A DNA stretch of 64,000 nt from Eledone cirrhosa (lineage: Eukaryota). The notes below the pieces were generated by a model that worked only from the letters and a program-made list of their open reading frames with translations, did no database searches and had not been told where the DNA came from. Location of the stretch: positions 411,866,001 through 411,930,000 of the forward strand of contig OZ024741.1 in NCBI GenBank assembly GCA_964016885.1, in the 5' to 3' direction. The first letter of the stretch is position 1. Every line of letters starts with the position of its first letter. Shown piece by piece: positions 37,548 to 49,862 of this stretch. The position numbers and the translations under genes were made by a program.

Positions 37548-40205
37548 GGTTTGAGGTTCACCACTGTATAGAGCTGGTCTATTCCGTATGGTCAATCGTA
37601 ATGCAATAATATAGAGAGTACTCAACGTAAAGCAGTTCAACCGTCTTTGTTTTTGTAGTTGGTGGTGCTATTACGGAGTTAAATATTATAATGAAATGAC
37701 AGGAGGCTGTATTTGTGTAAATCCTTGAAAGGTTTATTATACTATGATCATTTCAATGACCGGGTTCCGTATGAATCCGGTGATATCATCAGGTATTCGA
37801 AATATAATACGTGAATGTAATAGGTAAAATCCATGGGGCTGAAAATCGAGACCCGAGGGCGACCGCTATTCTGTTCCTTCAACCTCAGCCGGTCGCCCTG
37901 GAGCTCCGGGGTTGCATGTTCAGGAAGAGGTGTGTGTGGGGTGGGGTGTAAGTCGGAGTGTGTTTGCGTGTGTGGATAGAGGGGTGGGGTGTAGGTCGGA
38001 GTGTGTGTGCGTGTGTGGATAGAGGGGTGGGGGGGAGAGGATTCCGGAGGCTGAATGTGTAAATATGTGGTGGTACACACGTGTGTGTGTGGTGTTTATG
38101 CGTGTTGTGGATGTAGGTGGCGTGTGGGGAAAAACATTATTTTGGGTGTATGTCCGTGGGTGAGCCGTTAAGGTAATTCCGTAGACGGTGTGGTGGAATG
38201 CTGAGTAATATCCTTGGGATGTGGTGGATTCTCGGGATCAAGGTTCACATATGTGTAATCCCTGAAGAGATTGGACGGAAGAGGGGAGATGTGGGGTGCG
38301 CGCGCAACAGGAAGTGGTCAGGGGGTCAAGGCAGGAGGAGGGTTGTGTGTCTGTTGGTGCGGGGAGGTGGTCAGAGAGGCATAGCAGCAGTAGGGTAGAA
38401 TGGTAAGTGAAGAAAGTCGGTGTGTCAGTGTGTGCGGAGGTGCGGTGGACAGGGGAGAGAATGGGTAGGTGTGAAAGTTGGAGTGAGGAGGGTGTGTGTG
38501 TGTATTAGTAGAGGTGTTAGTGGGATGTGTGTGTGTTTGAGAAAGGGTGTGTGGGCCGATGGAGGGAGTGTAGTGTACTGGTGTGTGTGTGCGTGTTTGG
38601 ATGAGTGTGTGTGTGGTGAAGGGGGGGTTAGTGGGTGTTAGGATACTGGAGGTGGAGTAAGGGTTGAATGCGGGTGTGAGTGGGGGGTCAGTGGTGGTAG
38701 GGTGTGTTGATTGGGTGGTGTAAGAGGGTGTGTGTGTTCGTGTGCGTAGGGTTGGGGGGTGTTAGTGATGTTAGTTGCGTGTAGAGTGGGTGGTGTAAGT
38801 GGGTGTGTGTGTTCGTGTGCTTGGGGTCAGGTGTGAGTGATGTTAGTTGCGGGGTGGTGGGGTGGATGTGTGGGGTGGGGGTGGGGGTGAAGGTTAGTGG
38901 TGTTAGTAGGGTGTGTGTTTAGTGTGAGCGCGTGTATATATGTACCGGTGGGTGTGTGCGTGTGATAAGGAGGGGGGGAGGAGAAGAAGGGAGGGATGTT
39001 AGTATGTTAGTTGGGGAAGGGTGGTCGGGTGTGGGGTGGAGGTGTTAGTATTGTTAGTTGTGGGGTGGGCGGTTAAAAGGAGGGGTGTGTTAGTGGTGTT
39101 AGTGGGGGATATGTGTGGGGGAGGGGGGCGGTCGAAGGCTAAAGGAATAAGGGTGGGGAGTTCAGGCCGGGGGGAGTGTGGGTCTGTAGGGTGAAGATGG
39201 TTCGTTGTTCGACTCTGAGGAGAGTGGCGGGTGTACCGTGCATTGGAGTAGGCCACAGACTGTGAGGTGGTGTGCGGAATGTCCAGGAGCACCAAAGTGG
39301 CGGGCGATGGGGGAACTACCACCGAGACGAATATCCCGGAGGTGTTCAGTAAATCTGTCCGCTAGGCGACGTCCAGTCTGTCCGACGTAGGTCGCGCTGC
39401 ACTCCGTGCAGCGAAGTCCGTAGACTAGGTTGGAGGAGGTGCAGCGGAAGGCATGCCGGGCAGAGAGAGAGTGGCCGTTGGGACCTTGGAAGGTGGTGGT
39501 GTTGGTGATGTGGGGACAGGTGTTGCAACGGGGCCTGGAACAGGGAAAGGAACCGGGGGGGGGCGTGGGTTGGGGGTAGGGAGCTGTGGACGAGGATGGT
39601 GCGGAGATTGCGTGCGCGTTTGAAGGAGGGGAGTGGTGGGGCTGGGAAGATGTGGGAAGTGGAGGGGTCAGACTGGAGGCGTCGGAAGAGGCGGAGGATG
39701 GTGCGGTGGAGGGGTATGGTGGAGGAGTGGTAGGTGATGGGGAAGGGGAGACGGTGGGTGGGTGTGCAGTGGCGTGGGGTGAGGATGGTGGAGCTGTGGA
39801 CAGCACGGGCGCGGGTGAGAGCGGTGTGGACGAGAGGTGGGGGGGTAACCTCTGCGGATGAAATGGCTGACTAGGGAAAGGGCCTGGGACTCAAAGTCAG
39901 CATCTCGGCTACAGAGGCGGCGGATCCTGAGGAGTTGGGAGTAGGGAATGGAGTGTTTAGTGTGGGTGGGGTGGGAAGAGGTGAAGTCGAGGTAGGAGTG
40001 GGAGTCGGTGGGTTTGAAGAAGGCGGAGGTGACGAGGGAGTGGTGGGAGGGGTCGAAGGCGACGGAGATGTCTAAGAAGTGGACGTGGGTGGTGGAGATA
40101 GAGGTGGTGAAGTGGAGGGAGGGGTGGAAGGAGCAGAAGAAGGAGAGAAAGGAGTCGAGCTGTTCTCGGGTGAGGGTCGTGGCTCCGATACAGTCGTCGA
40201 TGTAA
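37545..40205 (-). mobile_element. Penelope-like element (Neptune-type zinc-finger linker), 5'-truncated
   Basis: YIDDCIG..FLDI..KPTDSHSYLDFTSSHP (39668..40261); CSRPRCNTC..NLVYGLRC..YVGQTGRRLADRFTEH (39162..39806); long 3'UTR with HHR and AATAAA. Confidence 0.9.
37739..37796 (-). ncRNA. Type I hammerhead in Penelope 3' pLTR
   Basis: ATAC-CTGATGA-..ACCGG/CCGGT..-GAAA-TGATCA-TA-GTAT followed by AATAAA. Confidence 0.7.
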
Positions 40206-40607
40206 ATATATATATATATATATATATATATAAAGAAAAAAAGATGAAATCGAAAATGCAACTGGAGTCTTATTTTAAAAAATATATATATATTTATTTG
40301 GTTCCTTTACCAGTTGCATTTTTGATTTCATCTTCTTTTCTTTATACTTTCACTCGTGTAGGACACCTCGGTTATTTTTCATTTTGTAAAAAAACCCTCA
40401 CTTTCTAATATATATATATATATATATATCATCAATTAACGTCTATCTTCCACGCTATCAAGGGTTAGATGGGTTTGTACCATTTGACGCAAATTTGGAA
40501 GGGTGACCGTGTCTCGCTCATATAGGAGTGTTTCTAGCTGGTTTTCTACGGCTAGATGCCCTTCTTAATGCTAACCACGTTGACAGTGTGGACTGGTCAC
40601 TTTTGCA

Positions 40608-40757
40608 GTAGTCGTAGTAGCAGTAGTAGTAGTGGTGGTGGTGGTAGTAGTAGTAGTAACAGTAGTGGTAGTAGTAGCAGCAGTGGTAGTAGTAGTAGTA
40701 GTGGTAGTGGTAGCAGTAGTAGTAGTAGTAGTAGTAGTAGTAGCAGTAGTAGCAGTA

Positions 40758-40805
<48 letters not shown>

Positions 40806-40890
40806 ATAGTAGTAGTAGTAGTAGCAGCAGCAGCAGTAATAATAATAGTAGTAGTAGTGGTGGCAGTAGTAGTAGTCCAAGCAGCAGTAA

Positions 40891-40923
<33 letters not shown>

Positions 40924-41157
40924 CAGTAGTAGTAGTAGAAGTAGTAGTAGTAGTAGCAGTAGTAGTAGTAGTAGTAGTAGTAGTAGCAGTAATAGTAGAA
41001 GTAATAGTAGTAGAAGTAGCAGTAGTAATAGTAGTGTAGTAGTAGTAGAAGTAGTAGTAGTAGTAGCAGTAGTAGTAGTAGTAGTAGCAGTAGTAGTAGT
41101 AGTAGTAGTAGCAGTAGTAGTAGCAGTAGTAGTAGTAGTAGTAGAAGTAGTAGTAGC

Positions 41158-41192
<35 letters not shown>

Positions 41193-41309
41193 CAGTAATA
41201 GTAGAAGTAATAGTAGTAGAAGTAGCAGTAGTAGTAGTAGTATAGTAGTAGTAGCAGCAGTAGTAGTAGTAGTAGTAGTAGTAGCAGCAGTAGTAGTAGT
41301 AGTAGTAGC

Positions 41310-41380
<71 letters not shown>

Positions 41381-41411
41381 TAGTAGTAGCAGTAGTAGTA
41401 ATAGAAGTAAT
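40608..41411. repeat. ~800-bp (TAG/CAG/TGG)n microsatellite
   Basis: Direct. Confidence 0.97.
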
Positions 41412-41520
41412 GATTTCTTTATTGGCCACAAGGGCTGACATCAAGAAAAACATTACAGACGGCACAGGACGGTACGAGGCGGGTTTATACTTAGACTTTA
41501 TACCCTCTTATTGTATCTAA
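41412..41520 (-). mobile_element. 3' terminus of a second Tx1-like LINE
   Basis: tttattggccacaagggc (41418-41435) identical to 620-637; right boundary uncertain. Confidence 0.6.
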
Positions 41521-42179
41521 CCCCTTTAATTACCCACAAAAACCAATACCTATATCCCCCCTTCTCCTTCATTCCTCTTCTATTTCTTCGTTTTCTTCCT
41601 TTCTTCCCTCCCCCTTTTGGCTATCTTTTCTTTTCTTCTTTCTCCCCCTTCTTTACTTTTATTTTTATCATTATTATTTTTATCTTTATTTTTTATATAT
41701 ATATTTATCTCTTTATACCCCCCCCCCTCTCTCTCTCTCTCTCCATCCTTCCCACTATGATCAATTTAATTCTCTTTAACTCACTACACTCGACGACATG
41801 AAGTCTACGTATCAAAACTGATCAAGGAATCCTTCCACCTCTACCCCTCCCTCCATCTCAGTTTGTCACTCTACTTCCTAACTCTTCTCCCCCTCCCTCT
41901 CTCTCTATACTATTCCGTTTGTCCCCTCACTTTCTAATTCCTCTCCCTCTCTCTCTATACTAGTAAATACAATTCCAAAAAAATGTTTTTTTTCTATATA
42001 TTAAGAACTATTTCAAGAGTAACTTACTCACTATTTTGAAAATTTGGACGTGAACAACAATTATACTTGAGTGGCTGCTATTTGCAGTATAGCAATATAA
42101 GGTTGCACTTACCAATGAAACGGTCGTAAATACCTGGATAAAATTCTTCTCTTAATGCTTACCTGTGTTTTCTCTTTTA

Positions 42180-42245
<66 letters not shown>

Positions 42246-42422
42246 ATAATATTATTTATACTTATATATACACTATATATATAATTATAAACAGGAAAGG
42301 TCAGTAACTCATTACTACCTTATTACCAGTAAGAAAAGTAGCTCAATGTAAATACATCAGATGTTTTACAGAACAGGAATATAAATTACAGAATAATCAA
42401 AACTATGTTAAAAACATTTTAT

Positions 42423-42469
42423 TGCTGACAATCGTTTCTTCCAAACTTTCGTTTGAAATCATCGGAGCA
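42423..42469 (-). ncRNA. Minimal hammerhead-like motif, CCGAUGA core variant
   Basis: TGCT-CCGATGA-TTTCAAAC-GAAA-GTTTGGAA-GAAAC-GATT-GTC-AGCA then ATAAAA; cassette 42290-42480 homologous to 20100-20290. Confidence 0.7.
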
Positions 42470-42881
42470 CTAGCAAAGTTTAGACATATAATTAACTTCC
42501 TATCTCACAGAACAATCAAAAAGATACATAGATATTAATGTTGTCATTAACAGTTTCATATTTACAGAGTGGAGATGTTGAGGTTAGTGTCAGTGGATGT
42601 GACAACGATTACAAAAGAATAATATAACAATTAAAGAGGCATTAAGGCAGAAAGTTACTCTCAAAACGAAGACATTTGCAGTACATATGCAAGCGTATAG
42701 AGAGTGCAAATGTGTTAGGCATGTACAGAATAGCTAGGTAGGAAACAAGCAATAGTACTAGGCATATATATTACAGTATGGCAAAGGTATCACATAACAT
42801 AATATTATGTTATGTGATATTAAATTTCGCGCTCGTATTTGGGAATTTATTTTGTAGCCTTTTAGAGAATGTTGTGCCACA

Positions 42882-43200
42882 GGCGCGAAATTTAATGTAC
42901 TTGTTCACGTGACAGTCATAATTTCATTTATAACCAATCAAATTACATTTATTAAAAAAAAGCCTTCATGAGCCATCTTTTTTTAAGTAAAAAGAAATTC
43001 AAACACAAACTGGCGCGAAAGTTGATGTGCTTATTCACGTGACTGCATCAACCAACCAAACTTCACTCATATATGAAAAAACAACCTGAGTCCCCCCCTT
43101 TGTTTGAAGGCAAATATAACAAGAACCTTGTAACGCGAACTGGCGCGAAATTTATTATACTTATTCACCAACCAACCAAATTACTTCTCTAAAAACCTGG
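42882..43200. repeat. Three diverged 130-bp tandem units carrying GGCGCGAAA and CACGTGAC
   Basis: GGCGCGAAA at 42882, 43012, 43142; CACGTGAC at 42906, 43036. Confidence 0.75.
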
Positions 43201-43447
43201 CATTTTGAGCCACTTTTACCATATAAAACAGAAGTAACATTCAAAGACCAACCAGATGTGAGAGAAACCCTCCATCTCAATCCTACTTTTGAAATGCAGA
43301 AGAACTGCGAAACCAGTAAAGGAACCCAATAAATATATATTTAAAAAAAAAAAGACTCCAGTTGCATTTTCGATTTCATCTTTTTTCCTTATACTTTCAC
43401 TCGTGTAGGACACCTCGTTATTTTTCATTTTGTAAAAAAACGCTCAC

Positions 43448-43478
<31 letters not shown>

Positions 43479-43486
<8 letters not shown>

Positions 43487-43873
43487 TAAGAGGAATTCCA
43501 ACTTTGTCTGATTTACTCGTTTTATTTACAATCCTTTAAAATATATATAATGGTATTATAATGAAATAGTATGATAGAATATTAAATTCTAAGTGTTAAT
43601 TGAACAAGTACTTTCATGCTTTCGCAATCTTCAGGTTCATGATATGTGGTGACAGTCGAGTTTGCAATTTTCAACTGTTGAAAATTGCAAACTCGACTGT
43701 CACCACATATCATGAACCTGAAGATTGCGAAAGCATGAAAGTACTTGTTCAATTAACACTTAGAATTTAATATTCTATCATACTATTTCATTATAATACC
43801 ATTATATATATTTTAAAGGATTGTAAATAAAACGAGTAAATCAGACAAAGTTGGAATTCCTCTTATTAATATA
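43479..43873. repeat. Perfect palindrome, ~197-bp arms, 1-nt spacer, each arm carrying a hammerhead
   Basis: Centre CAAC-T-GTTG at 43676. Confidence 0.95.
43713..43751 (+). ncRNA. Minimal type I hammerhead (39 nt); mirror copy at 43601-43639 on minus
   Basis: TGAAC-CTGAAGA-T-TGC-GAAA-GCA-T-GAAAG-TA-CTT-GTTCA; palindromic stem III AAGTACTT. Confidence 0.8.
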
Positions 43874-44534
43874 ATCTTCTATACACAATCATACACACCC
43901 GTGTATATTTACCTATCTATATCTATATATATATATATTTTTTTTTAATAAAAACTGTGATAATTATTGCTATTTTCTGAACTCCTTTGGTAGAGTTTTT
44001 TTCAGAATGTATTTGATTGCTATTTCTTGTAAATAAACATTCACTTTCATCCTGACGTTACTAGCCCCGTTTTTCCTCATGTGCGTTTTCATAATCACGC
44101 ATGATGGCGAACTAGCCAGTTTTAGAATTCCCTTTTCGGATTATAATACTGTGGTAGCCCTGGTTATCTGTTGAGCTCTGCTGACGATTGAAATCCAACC
44201 GTGACCATCTCCACTGAAAGTTTTCATGAAATAGTCTTTTAAGACTATACAGAGCATTTGATGTTATTCCAAATTGAAGGATAAGTGTTTTAAACTTTAT
44301 TTTATCATGAGTTAAAGGTCTATTGATTTTTCCCTGGATTTCACTAAATTCTGTGGATGAATTTGTATCCTGATACTCTTTTGAGATGAGTTTGAATTAA
44401 TTTTCCTAAATCTTACGTTAACTACTTTTCCCATCTTGACGTTATAGTCGCATATATATGTTATAGAATACTATTAGCTTCTCGCTAAAACAATCTCTAT
44501 ACCTTTCATTTATATATAATATATATATATATAT

Positions 44535-44680
44535 TTCTAGGGCGGGTAAAACTCCCGAGATCCATGGACGAGTTCTCTCCAGCAATCTCTGTCCCTCATT
44601 ATCGCTGCCATGTCCTGCATCTCCAACAGACCAGTGACCGTCCTTAGGACATCAACATACGTTAACCTTGGTCTTCCTCT
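44535..44680 (-). mobile_element. 3' end of RTE family 1
   Basis: Near-identical to 12650-12795. Confidence 0.85.
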
Positions 44681-44726
44681 ATATATATATAGTAATAATA
44701 ATAAATGTGAAGACTAAAATCTGAAG

Positions 44727-44776
<50 letters not shown>

Positions 44777-44849
44777 CCATTTCTATATTAAATATATATA
44801 TGTGTATATTTGTAAGCGTAGGGGTTGATAAAGTTGTGTTAAGAAATCG

Positions 44850-46195
44850 CCATTTTCCATCCCACCTGCCAACCACCTAATAACCTACCAATCAGGTGAG
44901 CACATAAGCCAGATTGACTTCTTGCTAGTTAGGCAATGCGACAGATATATGGTTTCAAATACTAAGGCATACCCCGGGGAAGAATGTACCTCACAGGTTA
45001 GTCGTTAGTGACACCTCAAAAAGCAAGAGACAAAATGAAACATACAGGAAGGTGTGGAAAAGGAAGGTCTGGAAACTAAAAGACCTTTCACTTAAATATA
45101 CATTTAGGAAAGCCCTTCAGGATGTGTATGACGAGAAAGAAGATGAATTAGAATTATATGACATAGAAGATAACTGGAAGTTCTTACGTGACAACTTACT
45201 GCAGGCTACTGAAGAGACTTGTGGTGGTGGAACAGCACGGTAGATAGGGCCATTAAAGACAAAAGACAAGCATGGAAGGATTGGAAAAGTAGAGACTGAT
45301 ACTCAGCTGGTAAAAGAGAGGCTAGACGTCAGGTATACTTAGCACGCAGGGAATCTGAGAGCAGGAGGTTTGCCAATGTTCTGCGACGAGAGGATCAGAG
45401 ACATGAAGTGTTCCACATTGCAGGGCAGTGTGTCAGTGTAAATCAGGATGTTGTTGGACATAAGTGCGTCCTTAAGGATGCTGGTGCACTTAGTGTCACT
45501 GATACTCAGAAAAAGGAGGCATGGAAATGTTATTATCAGAGACTGATGAATGTGGAGAATGAATGGCAGAGAGAAACTACCCCCAACAGACACAACAGAG
45601 GGACCAGCTATTGAGATTGACGATTATAGGGTCAAAGAGGCAATTAAGGAAATGAAAAGTGGTAAGGACCATCAGAGATAGTTGCTGAGATGCTGAAGGC
45701 ACCAGGAGAAGTAGGAACTAAACTGGCTGCACGCATAGTCAATCAAGCAATATATGACAGAGTCATACTCAAAGATTGGTACAGCAGTATTCTTGTAAGT
45801 TGCTACAAAGGTAAAGGAGATGCTCTGGAGAGGAGCAATTATAGGGGCATAAAACTGATGGATCAGGTTATAAAAGTGACAGAAAAAATGCTAGCACAAC
45901 TAATTAGAGAAAGAGTCAAATTAGATGAGATGCAGTTTGGTTTTGTGCCTCGGAAAAGTACAACAGATGCCCTCGTCTTAGTGAGACAAATACAAGAGAG
46001 ATTCTTAGAGAAGAATAAGCCACTATATTTAGCTTTTGTTGACCTAGAGAAGGCCTTTGATAGAATACCCTGATCTGTCATCTCGTAGTCTCTAAGGAAA
46101 CTAGGTGTAGAGGAATGGCTTGTGAGGGCAGTGCAAGCTATGTACAGAGGTGCTGTCAGTAAAGTGAGAGTAGGAATGGAGTTTAGTGAGGAATT
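44850..46195 (+). pseudogene. Degraded RTE LINE internal fragment (end of APE to RT N-terminus)
   Basis: SQIDFLLV; NYRGIKLM..QFGFVP..AFVDLEKAFDRIP (45690..46073). Confidence 0.85.
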
Positions 46196-46224
46196 GGTAG
46201 AAAAATCTTAGTCCAGTCTGAGGT

Positions 46225-46310
46225 GTCTCCTGATGAGTTCCGAGCCTCATGGATTTATCCAAGACTGGATATATCCAAAAAGTGGAACGAAACCGCCGGG
46301 TGGTAGAGAT
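46225..46310 (+). ncRNA. Type I hammerhead with structured loop II insert
   Basis: GTCTC-CTGATGA-GTTCC...GGAAC-GAAAC-CGCCGGGTG-GTA-GAGAT; all core nucleotides intact. Confidence 0.85.
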
Positions 46311-47114
46311 TATGAAGATTCTGGTAAAGTGTATGTACATCTTTTCTTCTAACTTCGATTTTGTACCTAATTACGTGTAGTTAACTATACGTCTAGTCAA
46401 TTTCTACAGGCTAGTAGGAATATTAGGTAAATATATAGCTGTACATCACGGAAAAGAAGCTATATTATTTGTCTATTATTTCTTCATGAGTACATTTTAA
46501 ACTTATAGCCTCATTTAAATGATTTTTTGTATGGTTGATTTATACTGATTGGGAGAGGAAATACTGTATATATTTTATCTAATGATTCTTTGGATTTACT
46601 TTTTTATATATTGCTCTGATTATTAATTATTTAATTAATTCTTCATTGAGCCACACCGTGAATGGTTGCCAAAAACATATATATGTATCTATGACTTTGT
46701 CTATTTTATATATATATATACCCTTTAAATTTAATATATATATATATATATTTATAAATTTATATATATTAGAAAAAACAAGGAAGTTTCATTTACATTT
46801 ATAAGACATTTTTTGTGTCTCGATCTGTTACATGTGTTTCATGGAGGATTGGCTCAAAGTCACCCATAGGAGTCATGGGATCAACTCCACTATCAATCTC
46901 TTCAGATTGGCGATGTGACAAAAAAAGAAGAGCAGATCAATAATGGAGTCATGTTGATGACTCCTAAAGATGACCATGAGCCAATCCTCTGTGAAACATG
47001 CGGAGACACAAACTAAATACATGTAAACGAAACTTCATTGTTTTTTTCTAATATATATACTCTGCCTGTGCACAGTGCTTGTTTTGGTACCAGTAATTCA
47101 CTGTATCACCTACG

Positions 47115-47151
<37 letters not shown>

Positions 47152-47308
47152 AAGTATTTCCGAAGAAAAAGCAAAGAAAAAAAGAGTGCTCTATGTATAG
47201 AACAGAGCTATTTAATTAGAAATTGAACAACACAATATATAACTACTCCATTACCAAAGGTTTCAGGATCCTAGACAATATTAATATATGTCAAGATCGT
47301 TCATCAGA

Positions 47309-47371
47309 TATCTGATGAACGAACTAGACATATGTTAGTATTGTCTAGAGTCCTGAAACCTTTGGTAATGG
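47309..47371 (+). ncRNA. Hammerhead-like motif within diverged fold-back 47221-47398
   Basis: CTGATGA..CTAGACA/TGTCTAG..GAAACC-TTT-GGTA; related decayed copy at ~32494-32556 on minus. Confidence 0.55.
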
Positions 47372-47404
47372 TGTAGTTATATATTGTGTTGTTCAATTTA
47401 TAAT

Positions 47405-47460
<56 letters not shown>

Positions 47461-47463
<3 letters not shown>

Positions 47464-48784
47464 GGTGGGGCATAATTCCCGTTACAAAGTTTTAAATCAA
47501 TTTTAAAAATACATTATGTTACTAATATAACTAATATAGTTGTATCAGATCCCTATACACTATTGTATCAGATCCCTATACACTATAACCATACTATAAC
47601 CATATTAACTATTTTTCAGAACATTACTCCATTAACAATTTGCAATGTCCATAGAATTGAAAAGAAAGTTCATAATAGAGAAGCATGAAAAAGTCCTGAC
47701 TCCACCTAAGATATTTAAACTGGGGAAAACTCTTAAGATCAATAGAATGTTGATCAAATGGACAATCGATCGATTTAAGGAAACTTCCCCGACCAAAGAC
47801 AGACCTCGACCCGGACGCCCTCGCACCTCAAGAACACCAAAACTCGTTAAAAGTGTGAGGGAAAAAATAAGGCGAAATCCAAGAAGGTCCACGAGAAAAA
47901 TGGCAGAAGAAACAGAAACATCGCCGAGAACTATGTGGAGGATATGTCGAGATGATCTGGGGATGTCACTCTATAAGTTCCAGAAGAGGCAGCTTCTTTC
48001 TGCAGCCACAATTGAAAAGAGGCTCTCCAGAAGTAAACTGTTATTGAACCATATCAAGGATGGCACACTGTAAAACATCATCTTTACAGATGAGAAGTTA
48101 TTCACTGTGCAGCAGTCTCACAATCATCAAAATGATGGAGTACTTGCAAAAAGTCTCAAATCAATTCCTTGAAGTGTAGGAAAAGTCTTCAGAACACAGA
48201 AGCCAGCATCAGTGATGGTTTGGGCAGCCATTTCTGAAAGAGGGAAGTCTCCTCTGATTTTTGTGCCTCAAGGAGTTAAAATTAACAATAAAGGATATTC
48301 TGGAAGGAGCACTGATGCCATGGTGCACATCTGTTTATGGCGATGACATTTGGACTCTCCAACAAGATGGAGTGACGAGCCACACTGTTAGCGTAACACA
48401 ACAGTGGTGTAGAGACCATTGTCCTGCATGGATCAGTAAGGAAGAGTGGCCTCCCACATCATCAGATCTCAACCCTCTCGATTTTTCTTTATGGTCAATT
48501 CTTGAGAGTGAAGCCTGCTCTACTTCTAGCCAAAATATTGAAACTCTAAAATCAAAACTGAATAAAGATATGGGAGAAAATACCCATGGAAACTGTTCGT
48601 GCAGCCATCGAAGACTTTCCTAGAAGTCTTCGAGCAGTAGTGAGAGCTAGAGGAAAGCATTTCGAATACATTTTTGTGCAGTTGTTTAATAGTATATTAC
48701 TTACTATTTGTTGAAGTCAGATCTTGAAATAAATGTTTTTTCAAGAACTATTTGCATTTTATTTTGTAACAGTTTTTATACCCA

Positions 48785-48790
<6 letters not shown>
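47461..48790 (+). mobile_element. Tc1/mariner DD37D (maT) transposon, defective
   Basis: Imperfect TIRs CAGGGTGGGGCATAA..GTTACAAA / TTTGTAAC..TTATACCCAACCCTA in (TA)n; GRPR, FTDEK, VMVWAAI, QQD-37aa-D (DLNPLD); stops and frameshift. Confidence 0.9.
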
Positions 48791-48875
<85 letters not shown>

Positions 48876-49862
48876 AAACGGAAAACCAGTGATGCATCTG
48901 AACTCAATTTATTGTGTGTTACAACTGTTTCGCCGGTGGACTGCTCAAGACGCGATCATTGTGTGGACCTGTCTGATTCTGGACGTGCAGGTTCGACGGA
49001 CACGTCTAATGATTTCGGAGCAAATTCTTTCACTGGGGTGTTAGCGTCAAAAACTTCATCCTCTTCGCACGTCCTGTTATTGGCCGCTGGTTGTCTACGT
49101 CATCATAATTCTGACCACAGGTACCGCTCGGCTGACCATCAGCTGTCCCATGTCTGCCACACTTCAATGAATTACTGCTGGGGTTGGTAGTTCACATGTC
49201 CACGCACGCACTCACACACACATACCCCCCCCCCACAATCACATAGATAACGACAGTCGTACGCATAGACTCCCGCCATACACACACATTTAAGGAGAAC
49301 ATATAAACCTATAAACATACGCATACACAGACGCATGCCTACATGCCTATATACATCAACACACTCACACACACACAGGCGCGCACACATGCATACGCGT
49401 ATATATACCCGTACACACAAACACGTACAGACATATACATAGACCCCCACCCCTTCTTTTCCCCCCATGCACACACGCATACACACACGTATCCATATAT
49501 ATAGGCACAGATACACACTCACTCGCAAACACACACATATATATATATATACACACAAACAAACCTTTTCCCTACAGTGGGTGCTTGTACACACACACAC
49601 TGGCTCATATACACTCTTACAAATATGCGCATATTCACATACACGCCCACGCACGCATAAAAGATACATATATATATACACAAATAGGATATATACACAA
49701 AGTCATATAAAGATACACAATGGGTCATACATGAAAGGAGGCATCTTGTTATAAACATGCACATATATAAACAATATAACCATATACATATGCGGGAACA
49801 GTTCTGTATGGCGCCAGTTCGTGATTTGAACTCGGGAATTTTATATTCTCCGAGTGAGAAGA

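Noticed and set aside
40518-41465. Poly-L/Y/T/S ORFs (similar at 55761-56300)
   Set aside because: Trinucleotide microsatellite artefacts
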